Assembly (NCBI GenBank): GCA_013265495.1 | Contig: MU058213.1 | Coordinates: 2,666,001 to 2,730,000, forward strand | DNA: 64,000 nucleotides | Reading direction: 5' to 3' | Origin: Vicugna vicugna | Taxonomy: Eukaryota | Shown: positions 36,925-50,071 of the stretch, piece after piece | Numbering within the stretch: the stretch's first letter is position 1 | How the letters are laid out: every line of letters begins with the position of its first letter | Notes under the pieces: generated by a model | Database searches by the model: none | What the model was told of the DNA's origin: nothing | What the model saw: only the letters and a program-made list of their open reading frames with translations | Program-made: the position numbers and the translations under genes

Positions 36925-37140
36925 TAATCACTGCCATTGACTGAGTGCTAGAATATGCCAGTCACTATTGTAAATGCTTTCAGTGCATCAAATTGCTTAA
37001 TCTTCTCAACACCATAATGAGGTTGGTATTTAATAACCCTTAAGGATAAGAAATTTGTGGCTTAGAAAGGTTAAGTAAGTTGCCTAATGTCATGAAGCTA
37101 TTAAGGAAATCAAGGTTTAAATTCAGATAGTGCGATTCCA
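36925..37140 (-). mobile_element. MIR SINE
   Basis: ggataagaaatttgtggcttagaaaggttaagtaagttgcctaatgtca is a MIR core in reverse. Confidence 0.7.
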
Positions 37141-37144
37141 ATGT

Positions 37145-38120
37145 TAAATTCAATGGAAAAAAGAGGGACAATGATATAACTATCATAAACATTCATTTAA
37201 CAGTATCAATGTGTATCTAAATATATTTAAGCAACAACCTATAAAACTAGAGGATTAAAAAGAGTGAAACTAGAAAATATAATTGGACAATTTAATATTA
37301 CACCAATCTCAGAAAGTTATAAAGCCCTCCAAAAAGCGTTAGACGTCAGTGATCTCAATACAATTAGTAAGTCTAAGGTATTAAATGCACATAAAGAGAG
37401 AAGTCTGTATCCTACAAACAAGCAATATGAATTGCTTTGGAGCAGAAGCAGAACAGTTAGAATAGCTAATAGGCTACAAAGGCAAACTCAAAACATTCCA
37501 AAGGATCAATGATACATTGATCACGTTCTCTGTCAAAATGCAATAGAAGTATGAATTAATACAAAAATAAAAGCTAAAAATTACATACAACTGAAATTAG
37601 TATCTTATCAAATTATCTTTTTGTCTTACAGGAGGAAGCAAGGAAGGAATACTTGAATTCAGCATTTGTATGTGAAAGAAGTAATTCTAGCCTTAAATAG
37701 ATTGATCTTAAAAATAAGAAATGATTTAAAAAAATAAGTGAAATATCCAACCTGAAATTGGAAGACAATCAAGAGAGGATGCCAGAGAGACAACAAAGAA
37801 AAAAGTAATAAAATTAAGGTTAAAAAAAAGAGAGGGATTTGGTTATCCTTCAATAGAAAATCTATATAAAAGTTTAACAAAATCAAAACCTAGTTTCCTG
37901 AAAAGATTTATAAGATAGATAAACCTTTGACAAGACTAATCAAAAAAATAGAAGAGAAGACATTATTGCAAAAAATACAGAATGAAAAGGGGAACTATGA
38001 ATCCAATAGAAATATAATAATAATAAAAGGAATAATGAACAAAACTACTCTAATAAATTTCTATAGATAATAAATTTCTATAGATAAATCTGTAGAAAAA
38101 TACAAAATGCCAAAACTGAG
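37145..38120 (+). mobile_element. Old L1M ORF2 endonuclease/linker fragment
   Basis: ORF 37264..37512 contains IIGQFNITPIS (decayed IVGDFNTPLS); gatagataaacctttgacaagactaatc corresponds to IDKPLARL. Confidence 0.75.
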
Positions 38121-38124
38121 AGAG

Positions 38125-38850
38125 CACTGAGAAAATATAACCCTCCTACACAGCTGGTGGGAGTGTAAATTGGTGCAGTCACTATGGAGAACAGTATGGA
38201 AATTCCTTTAAAAATTAAAAATAGAGTTACCATATGATCCGGCAATCCCACTTCTGGGCATATATTTGGAAAAAACTATAATTCAAAAAGATAACATGTA
38301 CCCCAATGTTCCGAGCAGCATTATTTACAATAGCCAAGGCATGGAAGCAACCTAAACGCCCATCAACAGACTACTGGATAAAGAAGAATGGATAAAGAAG
38401 ATACATATACAATGGGATATTACTCAGCCATAAAAAAGAATGAAATAATGCCATCTGCAGCAACATGGATGGAACTAGAGATTATCCTACTAAGTGAAGT
38501 CAGACAGAGAAAGACAAGTATCATTGATATCACTTATTTGTTAAAGCTAAATAAATGATACAAATGAACTTATTTACAAAACAGAAACAGACTCTGACAC
38601 AGAAAACAAACTTATGGGGAAAGAGGGTGGAGGAGGAGATAAATTATGAGTTTGGGATTAACACATACACACTGCACTAAATATTAACCAGATAACCAAC
38701 AAAGACTACCGTATAGCACAGGGAACTACACTCATAATCTTGTAATAACCTACAATGGAAGAGAATCTGAAAAAGAATGCAACTGAATCACTTTGCTGTA
38801 CACCTGAAACTAACACAACATTGTAAATCAACTATACTTACAATTAAAAA
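38125..38850 (+). mobile_element. L1 3' end (ORF2 C-terminus plus 3'UTR), artiodactyl-type
   Basis: ggtgggagtgtaaattggtgcagtcactatggagaacag...gaatcactttgctgtacacctgaaactaacacaacattgtaaatcaact plus A tail. Confidence 0.9.
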
Positions 38851-39094
38851 GAATACTGGCCCAAACATGTATAGAATCTCAAATTAACTCTAAATTGTTT
38901 TTTATTGGAAATTTTATCAAGAAATTCACCTTCCAAAAATGCCAGTGAGTATGTAAACTGGAACTGTTATTTGGGAAAGAGCAATATGACAGTACCCACA
39001 ATTTCTACTCAGAGGTTTTAAATCCCAATACTCTCTCACACAGGTTCAAATGTGTGAGACAGACAACAGGAGCATGCAGCACAGGGATAGAACT

Positions 39095-40670
39095 TTAAAT
39101 ACACTGAATTATTCTTGCATCCCAGGGATAAATCCCACTTAGTCATGGTGTATAATCCTTTTAATGTGTTCCTTAATTCAACTTGCTAATATTTTATTGA
39201 AAAATTTTGCATCTATATTCACCAGGGATATTTGGCTAGGTTTTCTTGTAGTGTCATAGAATGAGTTTTTAAGTGTTGCCATGTTCCTTCCTCTTCAATT
39301 TTTGGAAGAGTTTGAGAAGGACAGACTAATTTTTCTTCAAATTTTTGGTAGGTTTCACCAGTGAAGCTATCTGGTCCTGGTATTTCTTTGTGTGAGGAGG
39401 TTTTTGGTTACTGATTCAATCTCTTTCCTAATTACTGGTATGTTTAGATTTTCTATTTCTTCCTCATTCAGTCTTGGTAGGTTGTATATTTCTAGGACTT
39501 TATCCGTTTATTCTAGATTATCTAATTTGTTGGCATGTAATGGTTCACTGCAGTCTCTCACAACCCTATATATTTCTGCACTATTAGTTGTATTATCTTC
39601 CATGTCTGATTTTATTTCAGTCTTTTCTTTTTTTTTTTTTTTACTCTGGCTAAAGGTTTGTTGATTTTATTTATGTTTTGGAAAAAACTAACCCTTAGTC
39701 TTATTGATCTTTTCTACTATCTTCCTCGTCCCTATTTATTTCCACCCTGTTCTTTAATTTCTTCTTTCCATCAACTTTGGTGTTAGACAAAGCAACTATG
39801 AGAAAGAAGTATCAAGCTGGAGGCATCACATGGCTTGATTTTAAACTATACTACAAAGATATAGTAATTAAAACAGTATGGTACTGATATAAAAATAGAC
39901 ACATAGACCAATGGAACAGAACAAAGAGCCCGGAATTAAAGCCCACATCTGTGGACAATTAATACCTGAAAAGGAAGCCAAGAATGCCCAGGGGAAAAAG
40001 GACAGTCTCTTACAAAAATTGTACTGAGAAAATTAGATAAACACATGAATAAAACTGAAATTGAAACTCTATCTTACACTACTCACAAAAATTAACCTGA
40101 AGTGGATCAAAGTCCTAAACATAAGATCTGATACCTTAAAACTCTTAGATCAAAAAAATAGGGAAGCATGTACTCGACACTGGTCTCAGCAATGATATGT
40201 TGGATATAACATCAAAAGTACAAAACAACAGAAGTAAAAATCAATATATGGGACTATGTCAAACATAAAAGCTTCTGCAATGCAAAAGAAGTAACAAACA
40301 AAATGAAAAAGCAACCTACCAAATGGGAGAAGATATTTGTAAACCATATATCCAGGAAGAGGTTAACATCCAAAATATATAAACAGCTCATACAATTCAA
40401 TATCAAAAACACGAACAACCCAATTAAAGATGGACAGAAGTGCTGAACAGGTATTTTCCCAAACATATACAAATGGTCAACATGAAAGAATGCAAAATAT
40501 CACTTAATCATCAGAGAAATGCAAATCAAAACCACAATGAGATATCACCACATAAATTCTACAATGGCAAACATATGGTAATATACAAATGCATCAAATC
40601 AACATGTTGCTTACCTTAAACTTCCACAGTGCTGTATGTCAAATATTTCAATTACAAATAAAAGACACAG
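39095..40670. mobile_element. 5'-inverted L1 (minus-strand ORF2 ~39095-39785 joined to plus-strand ORF2/3' end ~39786-40665) with TSD
   Basis: Antisense HDQVGFIPGMQ region, then sense KKxxAGGIT region through to a 3' terminus. Direct repeat cacagggata at 39080-39089 and 40673-40682. Confidence 0.82.
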
Positions 40671-41194
40671 GACACAGGGATAAGGACTAAAAGCAAACAT
40701 TGGTCAAAATTTTAAAAGATTCTGACACACTGAAATATAATGGAAAATATATAACATCTGAATAATATACTCAACCAGAAAGAATTGATCAGTCTTGAAA
40801 TCTGCAAACATTATAAACAGTGCACATATTTTCTCAAGCTAATATAGAGTATTTAAAAATATGAATCAAATAGCCTGCCATAAAGGAAATCTCATCAAAT
40901 AGGTAGGAAGGAAGAAAGGAAGGAAGGGAGGGAAGAAAGAGAACGTTCACACCATACTAGCCCCAAATTACAAGCTAATAAAATAAATGATAAAATTAAC
41001 CATTTTTTTAGAAAAGTGAAAAGATGAAAATATAGACAAAATAATAGACCGAACTAGGAATGAGAAAGATATGCGTTTTTGAAAAAAGAAAAACAACACA
41101 AAGACAAACTTTTAAGAAGTGTATAACTCCATGATGATAAATTTGAAAGCATGGATAAAATGTCCACTTTTCTGGCAAATTTTTATCTATCGAA

Positions 41195-41560
41195 TATATT
41201 CATCAGGGTAAATGATGTTACCTTCTGTAGCAAGCAATGCAAAACCGCTCGGTGGCTCAAAACAATAAAAATTTGTTTCTTACTCACAGCAAACCGGATA
41301 TGAGTTGGCTGAGTCCTGGGCAGCTTTTCTTTGGACAGTGACTTCAGCATCCTTCCTCCACTTGCAGCCATCTAGACAAGAAAGAAGATAACCCTGAAAG
41401 TCACACAGACCATTTTCAGGCAGTCATGGAAGTAGCACACATCATTTCCATCCACATTCCACTGACCTAACTGTAAGGCCACTAACTGCAAGGGAGGCTG
41501 AGCAAAGCAGGCATCCCCTGTTCCCCGAGAGAAAGCCAGCATTACTCTTTCTGCCACATC
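41195..41560 (-). mobile_element. MaLR LTR (MLT1-like)
   Basis: gtggctcaaaacaataaaaatttgtttcttactcac; gcacacatcatttccatccacattccactgacc; ends ctctttctgccaca. Confidence 0.7.
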
Positions 41561-41817
41561 AGCAGTGACTCGTGATGAAGCAGCCAAGATGGATGAGCTG
41601 TAACTATAAACGACCCTCAAATTATTATACAAGAATCTTCTCCCCAAAAGTTCTAGGGGAAATTTCATCTTTTTGGTGAATTCATTCAAATGTCCAAGAA
41701 GCAGTTCCCCTCCACACCCTATGAAATGCCAGAATATTAAAAAAAAAAAAAAAGGAAACTACTCAATGTATTTTACGAAGTGAATTTAACACTGATTACC
41801 ACTGTGAAAGACAACAG

Positions 41818-41958
41818 TGTCTCAGCTGTCTTATCTGCAAAGTGGGGGTAACAACAATATTCCCAGGGTTGGAGTTACTGAGAGGATTAAATGAATTATG
41901 TAAAATGCTCAAATAATAAATGACACACTTGGTAAAAACTATGTTTCTATTATTATCC
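41818..41958 (+). mobile_element. MIR SINE fragment
   Basis: gtctcagctgtcttatctgcaaagtggggg...gaggattaaatgaattatgtaaaatgct. Confidence 0.75.
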
Positions 41959-42344
41959 TGCCACAAGTAATAGATCAATAATCTCAATTTAAATAAAATT
42001 CCAATTGTAAATAAAGTTATGCTAAACTGTATTCAAGAGCATTGTAAGAAAATTATCTGTGAGAGTAAATTTCTCCTAGGAACATACAGATTTAATATTA
42101 GGAAGTCCATTAATAAAATGTATGACATTGATATACAAAATTTAAATGATTCTCTCATTGGGCGCTACAAATTGTGAAATTCCACAAATATGCCAGGTAA
42201 AAGTTTAGAGAAAATAAGGAACAAATCAGTAGCTCTCATCACAAGAAAAGATCCCTTTAAAATGAGGAAAAAGGCAAAATGTCCTGCTTTCCGCAATACT
42301 TAATACTTTTCTAGAATTTTTTTCTACCTTGCTTTTTTAAAATT

Positions 42345-42440
42345 GTTTTTTAAAAGTAAAGTTGATTTACAGTATTGTATTAGTTTTAGGTGTACAACAT
42401 AGTGATTCAAAATTTTATTAGATTATACACCATTTAAAGT
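42345..42440 (-). mobile_element. Short L1 3' terminus
   Basis: aagttgatttacagtattgtattagttttaggtgtacaacatagtgattca preceded by a T-rich tract. Confidence 0.75.
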
Positions 42441-43759
42441 TTCTTTTCTGAAATTTTAGAAGAATTCAGTAACGCATGAATCAAAGAAAAAGGGGTGGGT
42501 TCTCTTCTTCACTCATAAAAATTACTAAAGTAGCAGCAAATTTACAAAACAGTCATTTTGTCATTTTATACAACCAATAAAATTGATAGCTATGAGAATT
42601 ATGGGAAAATATGGGTCTAGAATGTAATATGAAATAGGAAAGCAATATATAAAGTTATACTTCAATATAGCTATGGAAAAGCAATACTCATTCATTTAAA
42701 AGAATAGCTTTTATCTCTGGAGCAATAATTTTGAATCTAAGTAGACTTGCGACATTTATAACAAAAATTGAACTACTTTTCAAGTACCTACAGAGCTAGT
42801 CACACCAGAAATAATAACAATAGCTAACATTGTATATCACTTACTAAACAACATTTTTACATACAGTATGCCATTTATTCTTCACAGAGAGCTTTTTAAA
42901 GGTAACAAAGCGCATTAGCAGGGCCTGGAATTAAACCCAGTCTCCACATATTCTGTGGCAGAAAGATCTTGCTGCCTACCCATATTCCATAGATGAGGTA
43001 ATCAAATTTTAGCATAAGCATAGGACAATGATATTTTAAAATATGTAAAACAATCTTAATTGCCTTTGTCCTGTTCCCAACCTTTATTGTATGAGAAAGA
43101 GTTATAGCTCTTCAAAACACCTATGGGAAAAAATGAAGTTGCATCTGATCACAAGCTTATTAGACATTCTTCTCTCGGCCTCATCACTTCAAGTAAGGGA
43201 TTGACTTAAAAACAAAATGGAAAAAAAAATCCCCGCAGTGCTAAGTCACCCATAACTATAGCTTCAATTATCATATTACCCCAAGACCCCAGATACATTT
43301 TACCAGCATAGGCCACTCCTGAACATTCATTCCCAACTGCTTACTGATATTTCAACATAAAACTCTGAAGCATAAAACTCAGCTTGCTCAAAGTAGAATT
43401 CAGAAACTTCCCTTCAGACCCAACTACCTTAACTCTTTCTGTCACAGTACTTATTTCCTGTTGAGTTAGGCGAGCCAACAACTTAGGAGTCAATGTACCA
43501 CAATCTCCCTAACTTCCCACACCCCCTCTGTGACCAAGGATTATCTGTTTAAGCTTCTAGGTATCTCTCAGATTTGCCTACCTTTTCTTTCTCACCTCTA
43601 GTACCCAGGTCTACACAAGTTGCATAGAGATAGCTCCTTTCTGTGTGTGTGTGATTTCAAGTTTATAGTAATCTTATTATTAACAGCTGTCAGTCTTGAA
43701 CATCCTTGTTTCCCTTCTCTTCAGTAGTATCCACAGTAACGTGTTTTTAAAAATCTCTA

Positions 43760-46441
43760 ATTTTTTTTCATGTTTTGAGTTATAGTCATTTTACAATGTC
43801 AAATTCCAGTGTAGAACACAATTTTTCAGTTATACATGAACACTGTCACATTTTTTTCACTGTGAGCTACCACAATTGTATATATTTCCTTGTGCTATAC
43901 AGTATAATCTTGTTTATCTATTCTACATTTTGAAATCCGTCTGTCCCTTCCCAATCCCCGCCCCCTTGACAACTACAAGTTTGTATTCTATCTCTATGAG
44001 TCTGTTTCTATTTTGTATTTTTTTTTTAGATTACACATATGAGCAATTTAATATGGTATTTTTCTTTCTCTTTCTGGCTTACTTCACTTAGAATGACATT
44101 CTCCAGGGACATCCATGTTGCTGCAAATGGCATTATGTTGTCGGGTTTTATGGCTGAATAGTATTCCATCATATAAATATACCACCTCTTCTTTATCCAG
44201 TCATCTGTTTAACAGACATTTAGGCTGTTTCCATGTCTTGGCTATTGTAAATAGTGCTGCTATGAACACTGGGGTGCAGGTATCATCCTGAAGTAGGGTT
44301 CCTTCTGGATACAAGCCCAGGAGTGGGATTCCTGGGTCATATGGTAAGTCTATTCCTAGTCTTTTGAGGAATCTCCACACTGTTTTCCATAGTGGCTGCA
44401 CCAAACTGCATTCCCACCAGCAGTGTAGGAGGATTCCCCTTTCTCCACAGCCTCTCCAGCATTTGTCATTTGTGGATTTTTGAATGATGGCCATTCAGAC
44501 TGGTGTGAGGTGATACCTCATTGTAGTTTTGATTTGCATTTCTCTGATAATTAGTGATACTGAGCATTTTTTCATGTGCCTATTGATCATTTGTATGTCT
44601 TCCTTGGAGAATTGCTTGTTTAGGTCTTCTGGCCATTTTTGGATTGGGTTGTTTGTTTTTTTCTTATTAAGTCGTATGAGCTGCTTATATACTCTGGAGA
44701 TCAAGCCTTTGTCAGTTTCATTTGCAAAAATTTTTTCCCATTTTGTAGGTTGTCTTTTTGTTTTACTTATGGTTTCCGTTGCTGTGCAGAAGCTAAGTTT
44801 GTTTATTCTTACTTTTATTTCTATTGATGGGTAGACTGCCCTAGGAGAACATTTTTGAGATGTATGTCAGATAACGTTTTGCCTATATTTTCTTCTAGGA
44901 GGTTTATTTTATCTTGTCTTATGTTTAAGTCTTTGATCTATTTTGAGTTGATTTTTGTGTATGGTGTAAGGGAGTGTTCTAGCTTCATTGCTTTACATTG
45001 CTGCTGTCCAGTTTTCCCAATACCATTTGCTGAAGAGACTGTCTTTATTTCATTGTATATTCTTGCCTCCTTTGTCGAAGATTAGTTGACCAAAAGTTTG
45101 TGGATTCATTTCTGGGCTCTCTATTCTGTTCCATTGGTCCATGTGTCTGTTTTTGTGCTGATACCATTCTGTCTTGATGACTGTAGCTCTGTAGTATTGT
45201 CTGAAGTCTGGGAGAGTTATTCCTCCAGCTTCTTTCTTTTTCTTCAGTAATGCTTTGGTAATTCTAGGTCTTTTGTGGTTCCATAGAAATTTTATTATGA
45301 TTTGTTCTAGTTCTGTGAAATATGTCCTGGGTAATTTGATAGGGATTGCATTAAATCTGTACGTTGCCTTGGACAGTATGACCATTTTAACAATGTTGAT
45401 TCTTCCGATCCAGGAGCATGGGATATCTTTCCACTTTTAAAGTCTTCTTTAATTTCCTTAATCAGTATTTTATAGTTTTCTGTGTATAAGTCTTTCACCT
45501 CCTTGGTTAGATTTATTCTTAGGTATTTTATTACTCTGGGTGCTATTTTAAAGGGGATTATTTCCTTACTTTCTTTTTCTATTGATTCATCATTAGTGTA
45601 AAGAAATGCAACTGATTTTTGAACGTTAATCTTGTAACCTGCTACGTTGCTGAATTCTTTGATTATTTCTAGTAGTTTGTGTGTGGACCTTTTAGGGTTT
45701 TCTATATCTAGTCTCATGTCATCTGCATATAGTGATAGTTTTACCTCTTCTTTTCCAATTTGGATCCCTTTTATTTCTCTCTTGCCTGATTGCTATGTCT
45801 AGGACTTTCAGGACTATGCTGAATAGGAGTGGTGATAGTGAGCAGCCTTGTCTTGTCCCAGACTTTAGTGGGAAGCTTTTGAGTTTTTCACCATTGAGTA
45901 CTATCCTGGCTGTAGGTTTGTCATATATAGCTTTTATGACATTGCGATATGTTCCCTCTATACCCACTTTGGTGAGAGTTTTTATTTGAATTTTATCAAA
46001 TGCTTTTTCTGCATCTATTGAGATGATCGTGTGGTTTTTGTCCTTTCTCTTGTTGATGTGATGAATTACACTGACTGGTTTGCATATGTTGAACCACCCT
46101 TGTGTCCCTGGGACAAACCCCACTTGATCATGATGTATAATCTTTTTTATGTGCTGTTGGATTCTGTTTGCTAATATTTTGGTAAGGATTTTTCCATGTA
46201 TGTTCATCAATGATATTGGTCTGTAATTCTCTTTTTTGGTGATGTCTTTGCCTGGTTTTGGTATCAGGGTGATGGTGGCTTCATAGAATGAGTTTGGGAG
46301 TATTCCCCCCCTTTTAAATTCTTCTGGAAGAGTTTGAGAAGGACTGGTATGAGTACTTCTTTGTATGTTTGGTAGAATTCCCCACTGAAGCCGTCCAGTC
46401 CTGGGCTTTTATTTGTAGGGAGGTTTTTTATTGCTAATTCG
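43760..46441 (-). mobile_element. 5'-truncated, relatively young L1 (~2.7 kb; RT domain, C-terminal domain and 3'UTR), frameshifted
   Basis: Five consecutive minus-strand ORFs (44201-46210) are L1 ORF2 pieces ([53 protein letters not shown]). The 3'UTR is the reverse complement of the element at 21932-22330. Confidence 0.97.
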
Positions 46442-48129
46442 CTTATTTCTTATTTTCTACTCAGTCTTACTATCTTGTCTCAAATCTTCTTTATCAGGAA
46501 ACTTATCTGATAAGATAGTTTCCTCAATATCTCAATAAAATATTTTTATTTATTCCTGATAATCTGACATTTCCTCTTAATCTACCTCATCGTGTCATAC
46601 GGTTCTCTACATAGCACTAAATCATAGTGGCAGTTTTATGTTTGTGTGATTATTTGGTTAATAATTAACTGTGCCCTCTCCCAAAATACACCCTAGATGC
46701 TCTGACATGAATTTTATCTGTTCTGCTCATTATTACATTCCTATGCAGTAGTTGCTGATACAGGCATATATGTGGAGAGAGACATAATAAATGAAAGAAT
46801 AACTAAATATTCTAAATTATTATTTTAGATAAATTCTTAAATATTGAGTGATAGGGTAATGGATTATATTTCCTTTATTTTACTCCTCTGTTTCATATTT
46901 CCTACAACTAGCATTAATAGTAATTTTTAAAGATATTCTTTTTTTTTTAATCTTGAAAAGCACAGACAATTGAATTCTGTCAGGTAGGTAAGAAGTCTTA
47001 ATTGAACCAATAATACTATCTCTTATTTTTTTGATAGCAGTGGCCTTTGCAAAGGCTAAAGCATTCACAGAAGAACTGAGTGACCAGAAAAGTCCACAAA
47101 AACTTATTTTTCCCAAGATAATAAATATCTGTTACCTAGTCCTGAGTTGGAAATAGAGAACTCCAGTTATTCTCAAGCAAAACTTACAGCATCTGCACGT
47201 GCCCTAGAGTGTATTTTTATCCAACATCATCATCATGAGAGAAAAGAAAAGGATTCCTTCAGGAATAAAAGATTCATGTAAAGCTTCACATAGTGCTTAG
47301 TGAGACTGAGATCCTGTCTGAATACACACAGTTTAAAATGCCCCTTTATTTAACCCTTCCCTGGGGAACTTTCTTTTGCATTTAATGCCAAGTAGCTTGT
47401 TCTTTTTTCATGTATGGGGCTCCTGTGCTAAGATTTTGTTGCTGATTTTGACTTTTGCTTTTCTGTTCTGATCCGTGTCCCTCTTACTAACTGCAGTGTA
47501 GTCTTGACATAACAAGCATCTATTTCAGACACTCAGTAAAAGCTTTTTACATGCTTATTCACCCAATACTTAATTATCCATTTAAGAGAAAAAGCATCCC
47601 ACAAGAGTGCTAACTTTTTTTATGTGTCGACAGTTGCTTTGAGGATTTACAGCATTTGTGACTGTTATTATTAAACAGGATCTGACTTCCTGAAAATGTT
47701 TTTAAAATGTTAAACAATTCTATGAATCTTGGTGGAGAAAACTAAGTGATTCAGATAAATCTCACCCTTCCTTGGGTATTGTGTGGGAAGGTTACTTACC
47801 TGTTTTAATGATTTTATGTTTTTGCTACTGAAATTAGATAAATTAAGGTCATTTCACTTTTGTTGGTATTTTAAAACTGTTTGGACAAAACATCTCAAAT
47901 CTCATTCTTTGTCAGAGATACGAAGATTTTTTTAGGCTGGGGTTGTTGTTGTCATTGTTTAATTGTTCTGTGTGGTTGTTTGATTTCAGTGGTTTTGCGA
48001 TGCTAGACATTAAGTTAGCTATTTCCTGAAACAGAAGTGAATCTTAACACTTCTCTGCAGCTGTAGAGTCCACAGCACCCCAAAGTGTTGGGATTCCCTG
48101 TGACTGACAGAATGTAAGAGGATGAGGAA

Positions 48130-48330
48130 GAGCTTTGGCGCCTGCAGACTCAAGCTCAAAGTCTTGCTCAGCATTAACTGTGTGAACTTGAACGACCATT
48201 TAACCTCTGAGTTTCAATTTCCACTTCTGTAAATAGAACATAATAACCCATCTCCCCAGTTTGTTTTGAGAACTGATTAAGAAAAAAGCCATACAATGCC
48301 CTCTGGCACAAAACAGACATTAATATTAGC
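48130..48330 (+). mobile_element. MIR SINE
   Basis: ctgtgtgaacttgaacgaccatttaacctctgagtttcaatttccacttctgtaaat. Confidence 0.75.
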
Positions 48331-49597
48331 TCCCTTCCCCCCTTTTCTGAAAACTATATTCAATTTTAAATAGCATTTCAATAAAAGATTTCATGAGATT
48401 TTTGAGTAGGGATTTAAATACATTTTTGTTGATTGTTTTATAAAAAACTATTTTGGTTCAACGCTAACAAACAATGGCAAGATAGAAATGTTAGGAGCAT
48501 TGTTTAAAGAACATTCTGTGATTGGAGCTGTGTCATAAATGATGTAGGAAGCTTGACACTGAGGGTGTGTGAAGTATGTGATGAGAGCTACCAGTCCTGG
48601 AGAACAGAGCACGACACTTGCTAAAGGTCACCTCAGGGAAAAATACCACCCGACATTTGGAGAATGGCTTTTCATTTAACATCATGCAGAGTTGCCGAAG
48701 TTCTACTGTGTCTTTCCTGAAGAAACACAGACGAACACGGTGAACAAATGTCTAACAAAACTTCAACAGCTAATTAAGTTATCCATTGAATAAATACAAA
48801 CATGACTATTTCTTCATACTGGAAATATTAAGTCCTTTTTTGTTGATTTTTAAAAAAAAAAAGAGTGTGTGGCTCTAATGACTCTTTCATGTATATTTAC
48901 TATTTAGAGAAAAAAACTGCACTGGAATCTGCCACTATGCAAGTGAGAGCATTCAAAGTCCTGACACAGACATCTTTTTAGCAAAGATGATTTTTTTTCT
49001 GGACTCCATGGTTGCTCAGTGAACAAACTATTTTGAAGATAAAATTGAACATCCTTCCCACTGGAAAGCCGGGTCCCTATTAATGTTCATGCCTCCCTGC
49101 TGGAGGAGGAATTCCACATATCCCCATCAAATAAACATGGTCTCCTTTGAAACAGATAAAACCAGGCTGAGATAAGAGATCTACAGAAAGCACTCTGTTA
49201 GCCCTCTCTTCCCTTCAACAGAGACCTCCATCATTATTAAGGAACCCAGTGACACCTCAGATTCACCAATCTCTCCAGTTTTCTGGAGGGCATGGTCCTC
49301 TGACCTGTCACACTAAGTGTTTGAAGGAATTCTTTTCCCTTAGAGTTTCTGCCACTGTCAGTCTTCATGTGAAGACTTTCATTTATTTTTGAATGAGAGA
49401 AAAAGCAAGCTTTCAGAGAATAAATGCCTTTCAAATGTCCTCATGATACTATAAACATCTTTCTGAACTGATAAAATGTCTAAATAGGAATTGAATTACA
49501 GCTCTGTCCTCAGCCTGGAATGCCCTTGCCTTCATCCTTTCTCATCAAGCCAGTTTCTAGTGATCCTCCTTTAACTCAAATCCAAAAGTCACATTTT

Positions 49598-49737
49598 TAG
49601 AGCACATGCTTAGCATAGACGAGCTCCTGAGTTCAATTCCCAGTACCTCCATTAAAAGCAAATAAACAAATAAACCTACTTACCACATCACCCCCCCAAA
49701 AAAATAAATAAAGTGGACTCTCAAGTCTGTTCATTTC
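49598..49737 (+). mobile_element. 5'-truncated Vic-1-like SINE with 12-bp TSD
   Basis: tagagcacatgcttagcat...gagttcaattcccagtacctccattaaaa. Direct repeat ccaaaagtcaca at 49582-49593 and 49738-49749. Confidence 0.82.
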
Positions 49738-50024
49738 CCAAAAGTCACAATTCCGTAGAAAACCACGAGATCCCCCAGCATATACACATACAGATGCCCC
49801 TTTTCTATCCTATGCATGTGTTTACTTATCCACTTCCATCATTAAACCTGTATTTCTGTATCCTGAAGGTTTGGAAGCTCAAAGTTTCTTGAATATATTG
49901 AACAAACAATTATCAAATGAACAAGCCAAAGCTTCCCTTTGATGCAGCTGCACAGAGGACAGGACTCGGAAAGCCTCAGAAATCCATACTGTGCTGCATC
50001 CAAGTACAGTGTCCAGAGGTGACC

Positions 50025-50071
50025 TGACGAATGTCCTCTGAGAGGCAACATGACGAATGCCCTCTGAGAGG
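50025..50071. repeat. Short tandem duplication with a 26-bp period
   Basis: tgacgaatgtcctctgagaggcaaca followed by tgacgaatgccctctgagagg. Confidence 0.9.

Noticed and set aside
38051..38096. 17-bp tandem repeat taataaatttctataga
   Set aside because: A local slippage duplication inside a decayed L1 with no sign of function.
44201..46210. Reverse-transcriptase-like ORFs as a novel RT system or host gene
   Set aside because: Ordinary L1 ORF2 fragments with frameshifts and stops; 5'-truncated with no ORF1 or promoter.
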